Counted from the whole stretch's first letter, positions 26,576 through 39,401 are shown. The stretch: DNA of 63,499 nucleotides, filler included, from Chiloscyllium plagiosum (GCF_004010195.1; 5 parts of one record of this genome joined end to end with filler, not necessarily neighbours in it), one strand, 5' to 3'. Translations and numbers: made by a program. Notes: generated by a model from the letters alone, not told the origin.

Positions 26576-26865
26576 CAGAATGGCCTACAACTGTTCATAG
26601 AAACATAGAGGATAGCAGGAGGAGGCCATTTGGCCCTTCGAGCCTGGCCCGCCATTCATCACCATCATGGCTGACCATCCAACTCAATAGCCTAATCCTC
26701 CTTTCTCCCCAGAACCGAAGGTCCCATTCGCCCCCAAGTGCTGTATCCAGCTGCCTCTTGAATGCATTCAATGTTTCGGCATCAACTCCTTCCTCTGGGA
26801 ATGGATCCCACAGACTCACCGCTTTCTGGGTAAAGAAATGTCTCCTCATCTCCGTCCTAACGGGT
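26576..26865 (-). mobile_element. CR1 LINE 3' end (subfamily also at 35760-36060 and 36445-36920)
   Basis: MRRHFFTQKAVSLWD..P.EGVDAETLNAFKRQLD; nearly identical 3' UTR in all three copies. Confidence 0.85.
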
Positions 26866-26973
26866 CTGCAACATCACTCATGAGGTAACGTGCAGTACCT
26901 TATGAATAATAGCGGCCATTTTAAGAGGCCTTTTAAGAGAGAGCTCCTTCAGCTCTTATACCAAGGTAGCAGT

Positions 26974-27435
26974 TTTGATTTGATTTATTATTGTCACATG
27001 TACCTCGGGACAGTGAAAAGTTTTGTTTTGTGTGCAGACCATACCGTACAAAGATCACAGGGTGATTGAACAGAACAAGGAATACAATGTTATGGCTGCA
27101 GAGAAGGTGCACAAGGAGTGAGATCAATATTAGATTTGAAGTTGGACAGGTCCATTCAGAAGTTCAATAACAGCGGGGAAGAAGCTGTTCTTCAATCTGT
27201 TGTTTTGTGTGTTTAAGCTTTTCTATCTTCTGCCTGATGGAAGAGGTTGGTGGTGATTCTAACTGGGGTGGGAGGGGTCTTTGATGATGTTGGTTGCTTT
27301 ACCAAGACAGTGGGACGTGCAGATGGAATCGGTGGATGGAAGGTTGGGTTTGTGTGATGGACTGGACTGTGTTCACAACTCTCTGTAGTTTCTTACGGTC
27401 CTGGGCAGCGCAGTACCGTACCAAGCCAAGATGCA
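26974..27435 (-). mobile_element. Rex1/Babar-like LINE 3' end
   Basis: (TTTGA)n tail, LPSGRR and RLKNSFFPAVI-like motifs, and KLQRVVNTVQSI on the minus strand. Confidence 0.7.
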
Positions 27436-27934
27436 TCCAAGTAATTTGTAGGTGGTTTAAAATAAGCATTTACACTTAAGATCCCAATTTTCTAACCTCT
27501 TTCACGTGTAAAGTATTTGGCAACAATCATTGCCAGTAAAGCAGGGCATCCATACCAACTCTACGATCACAGTCACTTTTCTCTCACTGTGTTACTCTCT
27601 TTCTTACCCCTCCCCTTTCCAGCTTTGCACACCCCATTACTCAGCCCCGACACCACCATCCACGGGTGGCATTTAGCATTGGCACGGTGCTCCCACAACC
27701 ATCGAGCTTCAGAACGCGATCATGGCTCAAAGGCGATGATGGAGGGGCAGGAAGACCAATCCAGCCTTGGCACAGCCCCTCAACAAAACTCACAGTGTCT
27801 CCTTGTAACCTTCAGTCAGTTGGATTCTCAAAGGGATGGCCAAAGATTCCTAGGCCTCCTTTAAACATTTTTCACAGAGGTTACTCACTCAGAGAGCCAG
27901 TATATGATGGATCAAATGGCCTCATTCTGTACAG

Positions 27935-28977
27935 TGTATGACACGGTGGTGAATCCTTTTGTTAATGAACTCAAACACCCAGAAAAGCTCGCCTCTCGCC
28001 TCTCCCCGTAATCTGGTAAAGTATGAGTGACAGAGAACTCCCAAATTCCACTATTTAAAGAAAATAATATTAATTTATTCTTTAACTCTAAAAGTGAGTT
28101 CAATCCCAGCCTCGGGCGACTGCCTGTGTGGTGTTTGTACATTCTCCCCATGTCTGTGTGGGTTTCCTCCCACAGTCCAAAGATGTACAGGTCAGGTAAA
28201 TTGGCCATGCTAAATTGCCCATGTTGTTAGGTGCATTAGTCAGAGGTAAATATAGGGGAGGGGAATGGGTCTAGGTGGGCTGCTTTTCGGAGGGTTGGTG
28301 TGGACTTGTTGGGCTGAAGGGCCTGTTTCCACACTGTAGGGATTCTTATCTAATCTTTAAAAAAAACTCTATAACAATGTTCTGATCCAATAAAAGCCCC
28401 AATTCAAATTGCATCAACTTCATTTTCAAAGCTCTCCAGCAGCTGTCATCTCCAGTGTTCTCCTTCCTCTCGCTATAGATCTCCCTGGGTCATCTTCAGT
28501 CTTTTGCTGAAAAGATGTTTCTTATGAAAAAGGTACCTTTGACAGAGAGTGTTTGTGCTGGCAGTTACTCTGGCGATGGTAGTTGGTCACTCTCTCTGGC
28601 TAAGTCTCAAAATGCTGGCTTCTTTATACCCCAAATATCAGATCGTCTCATTGGTTCGATGTTATCAAAACAGTAAATTCCAATTCAATTGGGTTTTAGT
28701 ATCCTGGGGCATAATTTAAACGGATGGATTACATTCAAATGGTTGTCAAAACAATTGAGGTNNNNNNNNNNNNTAAAGTTTCAGCTTTGATCTCCAGCGT
28801 CTGCAGACCTCACTTTCTCCTAAAACAATTGAGGTGTCTAGTTTACAGCCAAATGTTACATATTTTCAATTTTCCAGGAAACTCTGCGACTGCCCGTCAG
28901 TCACATGACAAGCTCTCGGAGCAAAACAGCCTTCACTCTCCCTTAAAGGTACTGGGCCCACTTTCAACTTCATAACA
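27935..28977. mobile_element. Probable solo LTR with nested HE1 (about 28098-28350) and Penelope-like (28762-28821) insertions
   Basis: TG..CA termini with short inverted ends (TGTATGA / TCATAACA) and no coding signal. The TSD is imperfect (ACAG/ACTG). Confidence 0.45.
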
Positions 28978-29719
28978 ACTGTTACAGTTCTGTGATACGC
29001 GGGGAGGGCTGGTAAGGCCAGTATTTGTTGACCATCTTAGAGAGGCTTGAACTGGCTGAGGGAGGTGATGGCCTAGTAGTATTATAGCTTAGACTATTAA
29101 TCTGGAGACTCAGGGTAATGCTTTGGGCACCTGGGTTTGAATCCTGCCTTGGTAAAACTTAAGTTTAATCAAACATAATTTGTCATTAGGAGTGTAATGA
29201 TGTCAATTGTTATACAAACCCATCTGGTTCACTAATGCCCTTTAGGGAAGGAAATTTCCATCCTTACCTGGTCTGGTCTACATGTGACTCCAGACCCACA
29301 CCAATGGGATCGATTCTTAACTGCCCCCTGGGCAACTAGGGATGAGCCATAGATGCTGGATGCCCCTATCAGGTGAATGAATTTTGTTTTAAAAAACAGG
29401 AAGTAGCATCGCTCGTTACGCTTAAATCGACTTTAACCATGGACACAATGTGGCTTAATCACAAAACATTGAAGCAACTAACACAATAGCACAGATCTCG
29501 GTCATACTAGATAGAATTGGGCTGCTCTCTCCTAGTCGCTGGGCTGTGGTTTGCCGGGAAACGCTCTGTGCTGGGATTGGGTGGGGTGTTGCGGGGGTGG
29601 GGGGTGGGGTGGTATTGCAGGGAGGGGATAATCCTCTTCTATCCACGTGACCCCATGCTAGGAACCACAACCAATCACTTTATGGATGGCATGTTCCTCT
29701 GTGCACTCCAGCTAATTAA

Positions 29720-30275
29720 AGACAGGACATTGGTGAGGCCTCTCTTTGAATACTGTGTCCACCCCGGTCACCCTGTTACAGGAAGGATGTTATTAAACTG
29801 AAGAGGGTTCAGAAAAGATTTATCAGGATGTTGCTGGAACTAGAGGGTTTGGGTTATAAGGAGAGGCTGGATAAACTGAGACTTTTTTCCATGAACTGTA
29901 GGTGGTTGAAGAATTGACCTTTACAGAGGTTTATAAAATCATGTGGAGCTTAGATAAGGTGAATGGCGAACATGGGGGAGCTCATATCTAGGGGGCATAT
30001 TTTTAAGGTGAGAGCAGAAAGATTTATAAAGGATATAGGGGCAATTTGTTTACATAGAGAGGGGTTCGTGGGTGGAATGAAGTTCCTGAGGATGTGGTGG
30101 ATGTGGGCACAACCACAACGTTACAAAGACATTTAGATAAGTACACAAATCAGAAAGATTTGGAGCGAACTGGGCCAGGAGCAGGCAGCTGGGACTAGCT
30201 TAGTCTGGGATTGTGTTTGGCATGGACTGAGGGGAGCGAAGGGTCTGTTTCCATGCTGTATGATTCTAAGACTCT
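29720..30275 (+). mobile_element. CR1 LINE 3' fragment
   Basis: RTLVRPLFEYCV..., EVYKIM and the HER1-like 3' UTR. Confidence 0.85.
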
Positions 30276-30560
30276 GACTTTGTGACTCTGACTCTGTGAC
30301 TGTGTGAGTCTCTATCTCTGTGACTCTCTGACTCTGTGACTGTGTGAGTCTCTGATTCTGTGACTGTGTGAGTCTGTGACTGTGACTCTCTGACTCTGTG
30401 ACTGTGTGAGTCTCTGTCTCTGTGACTCTCTGACTCTGTGACTGTGTGAGTCTGTGACTCTGTGACTGTGTGAGTCTCTGTCTCTGTGACTTTGTGAGTC
30501 TCTGTCTATGTGACTATATGAGTCTATGACTGTGACTGTGAGAGTCTGTGAGTCTCTGTC
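30273..30560. repeat. Compound simple repeat (CTCTGTGA/CTGTGTGAGT), probably expanded from the LINE tail
   Basis: Directly follows the CR1 3' end and is built from ACTCTGTG-like octamers. Confidence 0.9.
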
Positions 30561-30892
30561 ACGAGAATTGACTTTTTGGGCATAAGCCCTTCAAGTCGGA
30601 GGGTTGGATCTGGGATGAGGTGGGGGGAGGGGCGATGAGGAAACTGGTGAAGTTGACGTTGATGTCATGTGGTTGGAGGGTCCCAAGGCGGAAGATGGGG
30701 CATTCTTCCTCCAGAAGGCGGATGGCTAGGCAACCTTGCCCCCTCCGCCCCCCCTCCCCCCACATTCCTGATGAAGAGCTCTGGCCCGAATCGTCGATTC
30801 TCCTGCTCCTCGGATGCTGCCTGACCTGCTGTGCTTTTCCAGCAACACACTCTCCAATCTGATCTCCAGCAACTGCAGTCCTCACTTTCTCT
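30560..30892. mobile_element. Penelope-like family A: inverted termini enclosing a GIY-YIG C-terminal fragment
   Basis: Minus strand RLLEEECPIFRLGTLQPHDINVNFTSF; plus strand ATTCCTGATGAAGAGCTCTGGCCCGAATCGTCGATTC. Confidence 0.75.
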
Positions 30893-31399
30893 CAGTGAAA
30901 AGTGGGCAAAGTTGCCACATTTTTGCAGAATAAATGACTGAGAAGATGATAAATGTTGAATAATACTGGGCAAGTCAGAATGAAGCCTGACTTGATAAAG
31001 CATATAGTTATCACAGAATCATAAATCCCTATAGTGAGGAAACAGGCCATTTGGCCCAACAAGTCCACACCGACCCTCTGAAGAGTAACCCACCCAGACC
31101 CATTTCCCTTACCCTATTACTCTACATTTACACCTGACTAATGCACCTTGCCTACACACCCTTGAACACTATGGACAATTTAGCACGGCCAATTCACCTT
31201 TTTTTTTAAAATTCAGCAACATTACGGTTTGTGAGTGAAAACTATCCAGACGAGGCTGCAGACGTTAGTCACAGCTCATTGGAGCAGTTTGCTGGAAATC
31301 CAGTCCCGTTACTCCCAGAGTCATCAGATTTAATTAAACAATCCAATTTACCCAACTGATGAAGCCAGGTTAAAACAATACACTCATTAGGTTTTGTAC

Positions 31400-31790
31400 T
31401 TAACAAACATCCACTCCCTCCCCCACTGACACTCAGTAGCAGCAGTGTGTACTATCCACAAGATGCACGGCAGAAATTCACCAAAGGTCTTCAGACAGCA
31501 CCTTCCAAACCCATGATCACTTCCGTCAGGAAGGACAAGGAGTAGCAGATACATGGGAACACCACCCCCTGCAAGTTCCCCTCCAAGCCCCTCACCATTC
31601 CGACTTGGAAATATATCACCGTTCCTTCACTGTCGCTGGGTCAAAATCCTGGAATTCCCTCCCCAAGGGCATTGTGGGTCAACCCACAGCAAGTGGACTG
31701 CAGCGGTTCAAGAAGGCAGCTCATCCCCACCTTCTCAAGGGGCATCTAGGGACAGGCAATAAATGCTGGGCCCAGTCAATGATGCCCACA
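31400..31790 (+). mobile_element. L2/CR1-group LINE 3' end
   Basis: HSLPH..SVAAVCTIHKMH, SFTVAGSKSWNSLP, LQRFKKAAH.HLLKG. The same family is at 19140-19810 (-) and 40082-40660 (+). Confidence 0.75.
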
Positions 31791-31804
31791 CCCCTCTCAC
31801 AAGC

Positions 31805-32206
31805 TCACACAACTCACATAGAGACACACAGACACACACACACCAAGACACACACACACATAGAGACGCAAACACTGACACACTTACACAGACACACACA
31901 CAGACACAGACCCTCACACACAGTCACAGACACATACACACACATACACATAGAGAGACACACAGACTCACACACACGCAAAACAGACACACAGAGACAC
32001 AAACACAGACACAGACACACACACACAAACAGACACAGAGACACAGACACACATAGCGACACAGACAGACACACAGAGACACAAACACAGACACAGACAC
32101 ACACACACACACAGACACAGACGCACACACACACACACAAACAGACACAGAGACACAGACACATAAACACACGTGCAGACACACACACACGCGTAGACAC
32201 ACACAC
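31805..32206. repeat. (CA)n/(CAGA)-rich microsatellite
   Basis: Degenerate AC/ACAG repeats; source of the His/Thr- and Cys/Val-rich ORFs. Confidence 0.97.
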
Positions 32207-32347
32207 TGTTTATGCAGCTGCCCTGGACAGTAGCTCGCTGTGTTCCCAGTGTGACAGTACGTTATGGGATGGTCAGCCGTGTCTGAGTGTTGGGGGCTTT
32301 CAGCATGTGAGCTGCTGGTATGTATGAACCAAACCAGTCTTCTGCTC

Positions 32348-32383
32348 ATTCCTGAAGAAGGGCCTGTGCCCGAAACGTCGAAT
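32348..32383 (+). ncRNA. Minimal type I hammerhead ribozyme motif (Penelope-like family A)
   Basis: AUUC-CUGAAGA-A-GGGC(CUGU)GCCC-GAAA-CG-UC-GAAU: stem I AUUC/GAAU, stem II 4 bp, palindromic ACGU stem III, GUC cleavage triplet. Confidence 0.7.
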
Positions 32384-35300
32384 CTCCTGTTCCCTTGATG
32401 CTGCCTGACCTGCTGTGCTGTTCCAGCAATAAAGTTTCAACTTTGATCTCCAGCATCTGCAGACCTCACTTTCTCCTCGAGCATTCCGATCTTCCCTTGA
32501 ATAATCTCCTCGACTGGGAGTTTTCAAATGAACTGAAGATAGCCATTTCCTGATCCTGGTCCAGTTTCCTGAGCACAGCTGATTGCTGAGACATGTCAAC
32601 ACAACCTGCTCTGATTAATAACCGTCCAATGGGATCCCTTCAGCTCTGTGCCTGCAGCAGCATCAGGCAAGCAGCCAATTAGGCTTTTCTTAACACCTCC
32701 CCTCCCCCCTCCCCATGTACGGATTAGTCTGGGCTCCAGCTCCAAACTGCACACGGGCCCAGTACCTCGTTCCAGGCCATTCTTGTTGCGTGCGATTGCA
32801 TGAAAAGGCAGTGTCCAGCACAGGTTCACAAGATGGAGAGATGTGTCCCTGGAAACTGCGCTGGGTGGGGTTGGGTGTTAGGTTAGGGGTGGGGACGGTC
32901 AATCCCACGGGCTACATTTCTGTCCAATTCCAGACCTGCTTCACTGGGATTGACTTCTTCCAAGGAAGAATAGGCCCAGGATACCTATCACCCACAGCAG
33001 GTTAAAGCAGAGACAGTGTGGCATTGTCACGGTGCTGGTAATCCGGTGACCCAGGTTAGAGCATCGAATCCCAACCAGGAGGAGACAGTGAAGTTTGAAA
33101 CAATGAAATGCTGGAATTAAATGCCCGTGTAAAAACCCATTCATGCCCGAAACGTCGATTCTCCTGCCCCTCGGACGCTGACTGACCTGCTGTGCTTTTC
33201 CAGCACCGCACTCTTGAATCTGAGCTCCAGCATCTGCAGTCCTCACTTTCTCCCAGTGTAAAAACCCGTCTGGTTCATTCATCTCCTCGAAGGAAGGGAA
33301 TGGGAACTGGAGCAGACCATTCAGCCCCTTAAGCCTGCTTCCCCCATTCAATATTCGGAGGACCCAGGGTTCAAATCCTGGCACATATTCAAGAAAAAAT
33401 CACAGGAATTAAGAATCTAGTGTTGACCAAGAAATCTTTCCAATTGTTGGAAAAACCTATTTTTAAAATTCATTCACAGGATATGTGTCTAAACAGTTAT
33501 TGCCCATCCCTAATTACCCAGAGGGCAGTTAGGAGTCAACCCCATTGCTGTGGGTCTGGAGTCACATGTAGGCCAGACCAGGCAAAGCTTCCTTCCCTGA
33601 AGGACATTAGTGAATCAGATGGGTTTTCCCAAAAATTAGCAATAAATTCATGGTCATCATTGGACTCTTAAACTACTGATTTTTTAAAAAATTGAATTCT
33701 AATTCCATCCTCTGCTGTAGCAGGATTCAAACCCAGCTCCCCAGAACATTATATTTCGTGACAAGACCACTGAGCTATCGCCTCCCCTCTGCTCAGTAAT
33801 GTCCTTCAGGGAAAGGAAATCTGCCATCCTTACCCAGTCTGGCCTACATGCGACTCCACACCCACAGCAATGGGCGTTACCTCTCCACTACCCTCTGAAA
33901 ATCAAAGGCAGTTAGGGATGGACAGTCAATGATGCCCAGGCCAGCAACACCCACATCCCGGGAATGAATAAAGAAAAACGGGGGATCGCAGCTGATCTGA
34001 AATTCCACCTTCCTGTCCTTTCTCCGTAACCCTTCAGCCTTAAATATCCACAAGGACTCTGGCCCCACAGCTCTCTGGGGCAAGGAGTTCCAGAGACTCA
34101 CAACCCTCTGAACAAGACATTCCCCTCACCTCAATCTTTAAGTGGTGCCCCTTTATTCTGAGACTGTACCCAAGACTCTCCCATGAGGGGGACCATCCTC
34201 TCAGCATTGACCTTGTCAAGCCCCTTAAGAAACGAATATGTTTCAATGAGATCCCCTCTCATTCTTCTAGTGAATACAGTGAGCACAGAGTCGAGAGAGT
34301 GGTGCTGGAAAAGCACAGCAAGTCAGGCAGCGTCCGAGGAGCAGGAAAATCGCGTTTCGGGCAAAAGCTCTTCATCAAGGGATCTGGCCCGAAACGTCGA
34401 TTCTCCTGCTCCTCGGATGCGGCCTGACCTGCTGTGCTTTTCCAGCACCACAATCTCAACTCTGATCTCCAGCGTCTGCAGTCCTCACTGTCTCCCAGTG
34501 AGTACAGTCCCTACCTGTTTAACTTTTGCCCATAAGACAATCCCTTCGCACCAGGGATCATTCTAGTGAACCTTTGCTGAAGCCCCTCCAATGAAGTAAC
34601 GTCTTTTCCCAAATAAGGGGATTAGAATCTGCCGCCCTCACTGGGTCTAACCTACATGGACCGACGCCAGACACGCAGCAATGTGGCTGACTCCAAACTG
34701 CGCTCTGCAATCACCCGAGGGCACGCCACCCAGTTCCAGTGGCCAGGAGGGATGGACAGGAAATGCTGACCCAGCCGATGACGTCCACATCCTCCAAACC
34801 CTTTCACAAAAACAGGAGGCCGCTCTGTGCTTGCACGTCTCGAAATTCCAGAGAGGCCATTTTCAGGCAAGTGCAGAAGGGGCGAGGGAGGGGCTGATGT
34901 CGGAATATTTTCGGATATTGCACCTGTCCTGCCTGGATCCTGGAGCGGGTGTGTCTGACCTTCCAGGGATGGGGTGGGGAAGACCACTTGGGTAAGGAAA
35001 GGCTCTCGTCTTTAACGAGATGGAGTTTATAACATGACGAGGACAGAGTACCCATTGGGTGAAGGTGACCAGCAGCAGTACAGAGACTATCAGGTAGCGC
35101 CTACAGGAAGGATTGACTCCTGCAATGTTATAGGGTGTTCTCCAGCCAGTCCACATGAAGCCATGAGAACAGGAGAACTAGGAGCTCGCCATTAAACCCC
35201 TCCATTCAATAGCAACATCATCAGAGTGGGCACTGCTTGGCATTAACCCTTCAAGTCCCTTACAACAGCCATAACTGGCCAAGAAAGTCAAGGAAAGAAG

Positions 35301-35387
35301 ATTGGGTGCCAGGGAGTGGGGTCGGGAGGGTCAAATCAGTTTCAGAGTGGGGTCAGGGGTTGAGGTGACAGTAGTAGCCAAAATGTA

Positions 35388-36750
35388 ACTGAGAACTGGC
35401 TTCACCAATAAGGCAAACCACTGAGCCCCTTCACTTCACTTCATCCAGCGCAGAAACAGGCCCTTTGGCCCAACTCGTCCATGCTAACCAGATATTCCAA
35501 CCTAATCTAGTCCCATTTGTCAGAACCCAGCCCATATCTCTCCAAACCCTTCCTTTTCATATACCCATCCAGATGCCTTTTAAATGTTGCAATTGTACCA
35601 GCGTCCACCACATCCTCTGGCAGCTCATTCCATACACGTACCACCCTCTACGTGAAAAAATTGCCCCTTAGATCCCTTTTAAATCTTTCCCCTGTCAAGC
35701 TAAACCCATGCCGTCTGGTTTTGGTCTCTACACCCCAGGGAAAAGGCCCTGGTTATTCACAGAAACATAGAGGATAGGAGCAGGAGGAGGCCATTCGGCC
35801 CTTTGAGCCTGGCCCGCCATTCATCACCATCATGGCTGACCATCCAACTCAATAGCCTAATCCTCCTTTCTCCCCAGAACCTTAGGTCCCATTCCCCCCA
35901 AGTGCTGTATCCAGCCGCCTCTTGATACATTCAATGTTTCGGCATCAACTCCTTCCTGTGGGAATGGATCCCACAGACTCACCGCTCTCTGGATGAAGAA
36001 ATGTCTCCTCATCTCCGTCCTAAATGATCCACCCCAAATCCTCAGACTGTGACCCCTGGACACACCCACTGAGAACTGGCTTCACCAATAAGGCAAACCA
36101 CTGAGCCCCTTCACTTCATAGAGTCATCCAGCTCAGAAACAGGCCCTTCGGCCCAACTCGTCCATGCTAACCAGATATTCCAACCTAATCTAGTCCCATT
36201 TGTCAGCACCCAGCCCATATCCCTCCAAACCCTTCCTATTCATATACCCATCCAGATGCCTTTTAAATGTTGCAATTGTACCAGCCTCCACCACTTCCTC
36301 TGGCAGCTCATTCCATACACGTACCACCCTCTACGTGAAAAAATTGCCCCTTAGGTCCCTGTTAAATCTTTCCCCTGTCAAGCTAAACCCATGCCGTCTG
36401 GTTTTGGTCTCCACACCCCAGGGAAAAGGCCCTGGTTATTCACAGAAACATAGAGGATAGGAGCAGGAGGAGGCCATTCGGCCCTTCGAGCCTGGCCCGC
36501 CATTCATCACCATCATGGCTGACCATCCAACTCAATAGCCTAATCCTCCTTTCTCCCCAGAACCTTAGGTCCCATTTCCCCCAAGTGCTGTATCTATCTG
36601 CCTCTTGATACATTCAATGTTTCGGCATCAACTCCTTCCTGTGGGAATGGATCCCACAGAGTCACCGCTCTCTAGGTGAAGAAATGTCTCCTCATCTCCG
36701 TCCTAAATGATCCACCCCAAATCCTCAGACTGTGACCCCTGGACCCACCC
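35388..36750. repeat. Tandem duplication of about 680 bp (35388-36067 and 36068-36750) spanning two CR1 pieces
   Basis: Both units start ACTGAGAACTGGCTTCACCAATAAGG and end GACCCCTGGAC(A/C)CACCC, with scattered substitutions. Confidence 0.95.
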
Positions 36751-37984
36751 ACCATCGGGAACGTCCTCCCTGCATCCACCCTGTCTAGTCCCGCTGGAAT
36801 TTTATAAGTCTCTGATATTCCCCCCTTCATCCTTCTGAACTCCAATGCAAACAATCCTCAATCTCTCCTCATACGTCAGTCCCGCCATCCCCAGAACCAG
36901 CCTGAGAACCCTTCGCTGTCCTGATGACCAGAGTGGTTGAATTACCCAGTGTTGGTGGGATCTTGCTGAGCTCTGGTTAGCTGTGGGGTTCACTGACAGG
37001 ACGCCAGGGAGTGCCCCTTGGAAGTGACTCTCCAACAGCTCTGGTTCAAGCGAGGTGAAAAAAATTGACAGCTCCTCTCACACAGACGGAGCCCTCTGAG
37101 ATGAACGTTGATTCGAATACCTGCTTCCAGCACCACGCGGATATCAGCTCGGAATAGATATTTGTGTCAGGATTATTCGAGGAGTAACGTTCCACCATTG
37201 TACCTGCCCCTGAGTGCCTTTGCCCAGGCGTGAAAATCCTGCCCCATTTCCGATAGTTCCAGGTTTACTCAGACAGGAGGGGGTTAGAGGGTAGAGTCTG
37301 ATACACACCAGAAACAAACCTCAAATCAGCTTTGTCTATTTTTAAAAATTATTCACTCATAGGATGTGGGCCAGCTGTGATTGCCTGTCCCTAGTTGCCC
37401 TGGGGATGTTGTTGGTGAGCTGCCATCTTGAATCAGTCTTGGAATCCAGTGAGTTCAGGACCGTCAATCATCTCTGCATCCACTTCCTTTGAGAACCTGG
37501 GATGGAGGCCGTGAGGCTTGATGAATCCTGAGATCCCGGTGACTCCAGGACTTTCCCGCAGGAGTTGGCAACCCCAGTCCACAGGGCTCATCCGCCATGG
37601 TGGGCATCACATTACTCAATGGCAATATGTCAGCTTCAACCCCTCACCTATCCACCTCTTCACCTCTGAACCTCGAGGGTAAACAGCTCATTTCGCCAGT
37701 GGGACCGAGACCCCTCCCTATCTCCCATAGCCTACCCTAGCAGGCCAATCTCTCATCAATTCCCCTTGCCCCATCCCGTGCTAGCTCTGAGGTTCACACC
37801 TTCCTCTCCTATCTCCTCTCATGTCTTCTCCAGCTTGTCCAAGAGATATTGCTCCCCAAACCAATTCCCTGGTACCCGACCTCTCTTCCTGATTTACATC
37901 ATTAATGGTTCCTCCTCGTGGAATCGCCTTCTGACTTTGTTCATCCCAGTCCACCTCCACACCCTGGATATATTCAGTAACTTG

Positions 37985-38405
37985 GCTTCCAGAGGCTTCT
38001 ATGGTGGGGAATCCCTCAGGGTCACTCCTCTATGAGTGAAGAAATCTCTCCTCATCTCAGTCCTGAGCAGACTACCCTGTAACCTGAGACTATGGCCCTG
38101 ATTTTAGACCCCACACCCAGGGGAAACACCCTTCCTGCATCACGTCTGTCCAGGCCTGATGGAATTGTATACGTTTCAATCAGATCCCCCCTCCTCATCA
38201 TTCTAAACTCGAGTGAATACAGGTCCATACAAATCAACAAGACAGCCCCACCATCCCCATTACAGATTGAGTGAACCTCCACTGCACTTGCTCTATGGTG
38301 AGTGTATCCTTTCTGAGGGAGAGAGACCAAAACCCCACACTATACCCCAGGCATGCTCTCCCCAACACACTGGATACCTGCACTAAGACATCCCTATGTC
38401 TGAAC
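37985..38405 (-). mobile_element. Decayed CR1 fragment
   Basis: LYSLEFRMMRRGDLIETY..GLDR.DAGRVFPL. Confidence 0.8.
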
Positions 38406-39327
38406 TCACATCATATTCACCCAGTTACAATCAGAGGGAGCTGTCTCAATAGCAACTCCCTCTGTTTCTGCACTGTTACCTCTGGTGTCAGCCATTGCAG
38501 TGACCCTCTAGCCCTCCCTCACTATCTCTCTCTCTCTCTCTATCCCTCCCTCCCCTCCTCTATCCCTCCTTCCCTCCCTCACTCTCCCCCTTCCAAGCCC
38601 GCTTCTGAGGAAGGGTCACGGAACTCTGGTTTTCTCTCCGCACAGATGCTGCCAGACCTGCTGAGCTTCTCTAGCAGCTTCTGATTTCCAGCATCCGGAG
38701 TTTTCCGGGTCTCCTGAATCACCCTGGCATTCCCGTCCCTCCTATACCGTGGGGTCACATTGATCTGAGCGATGAAGTCGAACTCATGGGGTGGTCGAGG
38801 CTGGAGGGGATGTCACTGTGTGAGTCAGTCAGAGTCTGGAGCCCCTGGCGATTAGATTAGATTATCTACAGTGCGGAAACAGGCCATTCGGCCCAACAAG
38901 TCCACACCGAGCCTCCGAAGGATAACTCATCCAGACCCATTTCCCTCTGACTAATGCACCTGGCCTGCACAACTTTGGACTGTGGGAGGAAACCTACACA
39001 GACACGGGGAGAACATGCAAACTCCACACAGAAAGGCTGGAATCGAACCCAGGTCCCTGGTGCTGTGAGGCAGCAGTGCTAACCACTGAGCCACCTCAAT
39101 AATTTGCCTAAAAAGGTGGAAGCAGGCCATTCAGCCCATCATGTCCACACTGCCCATCCAAAGAACATCCCACCTAGATCCATCCCTATAACCCCGTATA
39201 GCCCATGGCCAATCCACCCTAACCTTCACATCCTTGGACTGTGGGAGGAAACTGGGGTGCCCAAAGCAACGACAAACACAGTACCTGCAAGCGCAAACCT
39301 ACCACTTGCAAATCCCAATCCTATATC

Positions 39328-39401
39328 TGATCAGTGCGAGAATTGAACCCCCGACCTTGGCGTTATTAGCAGCACGCTCTAACCATCTGAGCTAACCAAC
39401 C
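39328..39401 (-). tRNA. tRNA-Ile (anticodon AAT)-like gene, probably a pseudogene
   Basis: Minus strand reads GGTTGGTTAGCTCAGATGGTTAGAGCGTGCTGCTAATAACGCCAAGGTCGGGGGTTCAATTCTCGCACTGATCA (74 nt), close to vertebrate tRNA-Ile-AAT. A and B boxes are present, but there is a C-C mismatch in the anticodon stem and several G-U pairs in the acceptor stem. Confidence 0.75.

Noticed and set aside
31605..32349. 240-aa His/Thr-rich and Cys/Val-rich ORFs
   Set aside because: Translation of a LINE tail plus a CA microsatellite.
32766..32848. Minus-strand AG..GT exon-like segment of 83 nt
   Set aside because: Translations do not resemble the receptor or any family I recognise.
35050..35105. Hydrophobic stretch RYLIVSVLLLVTFTQW as a possible transmembrane exon
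   Set aside because: No match to conserved class B TM motifs or expected exon phases.
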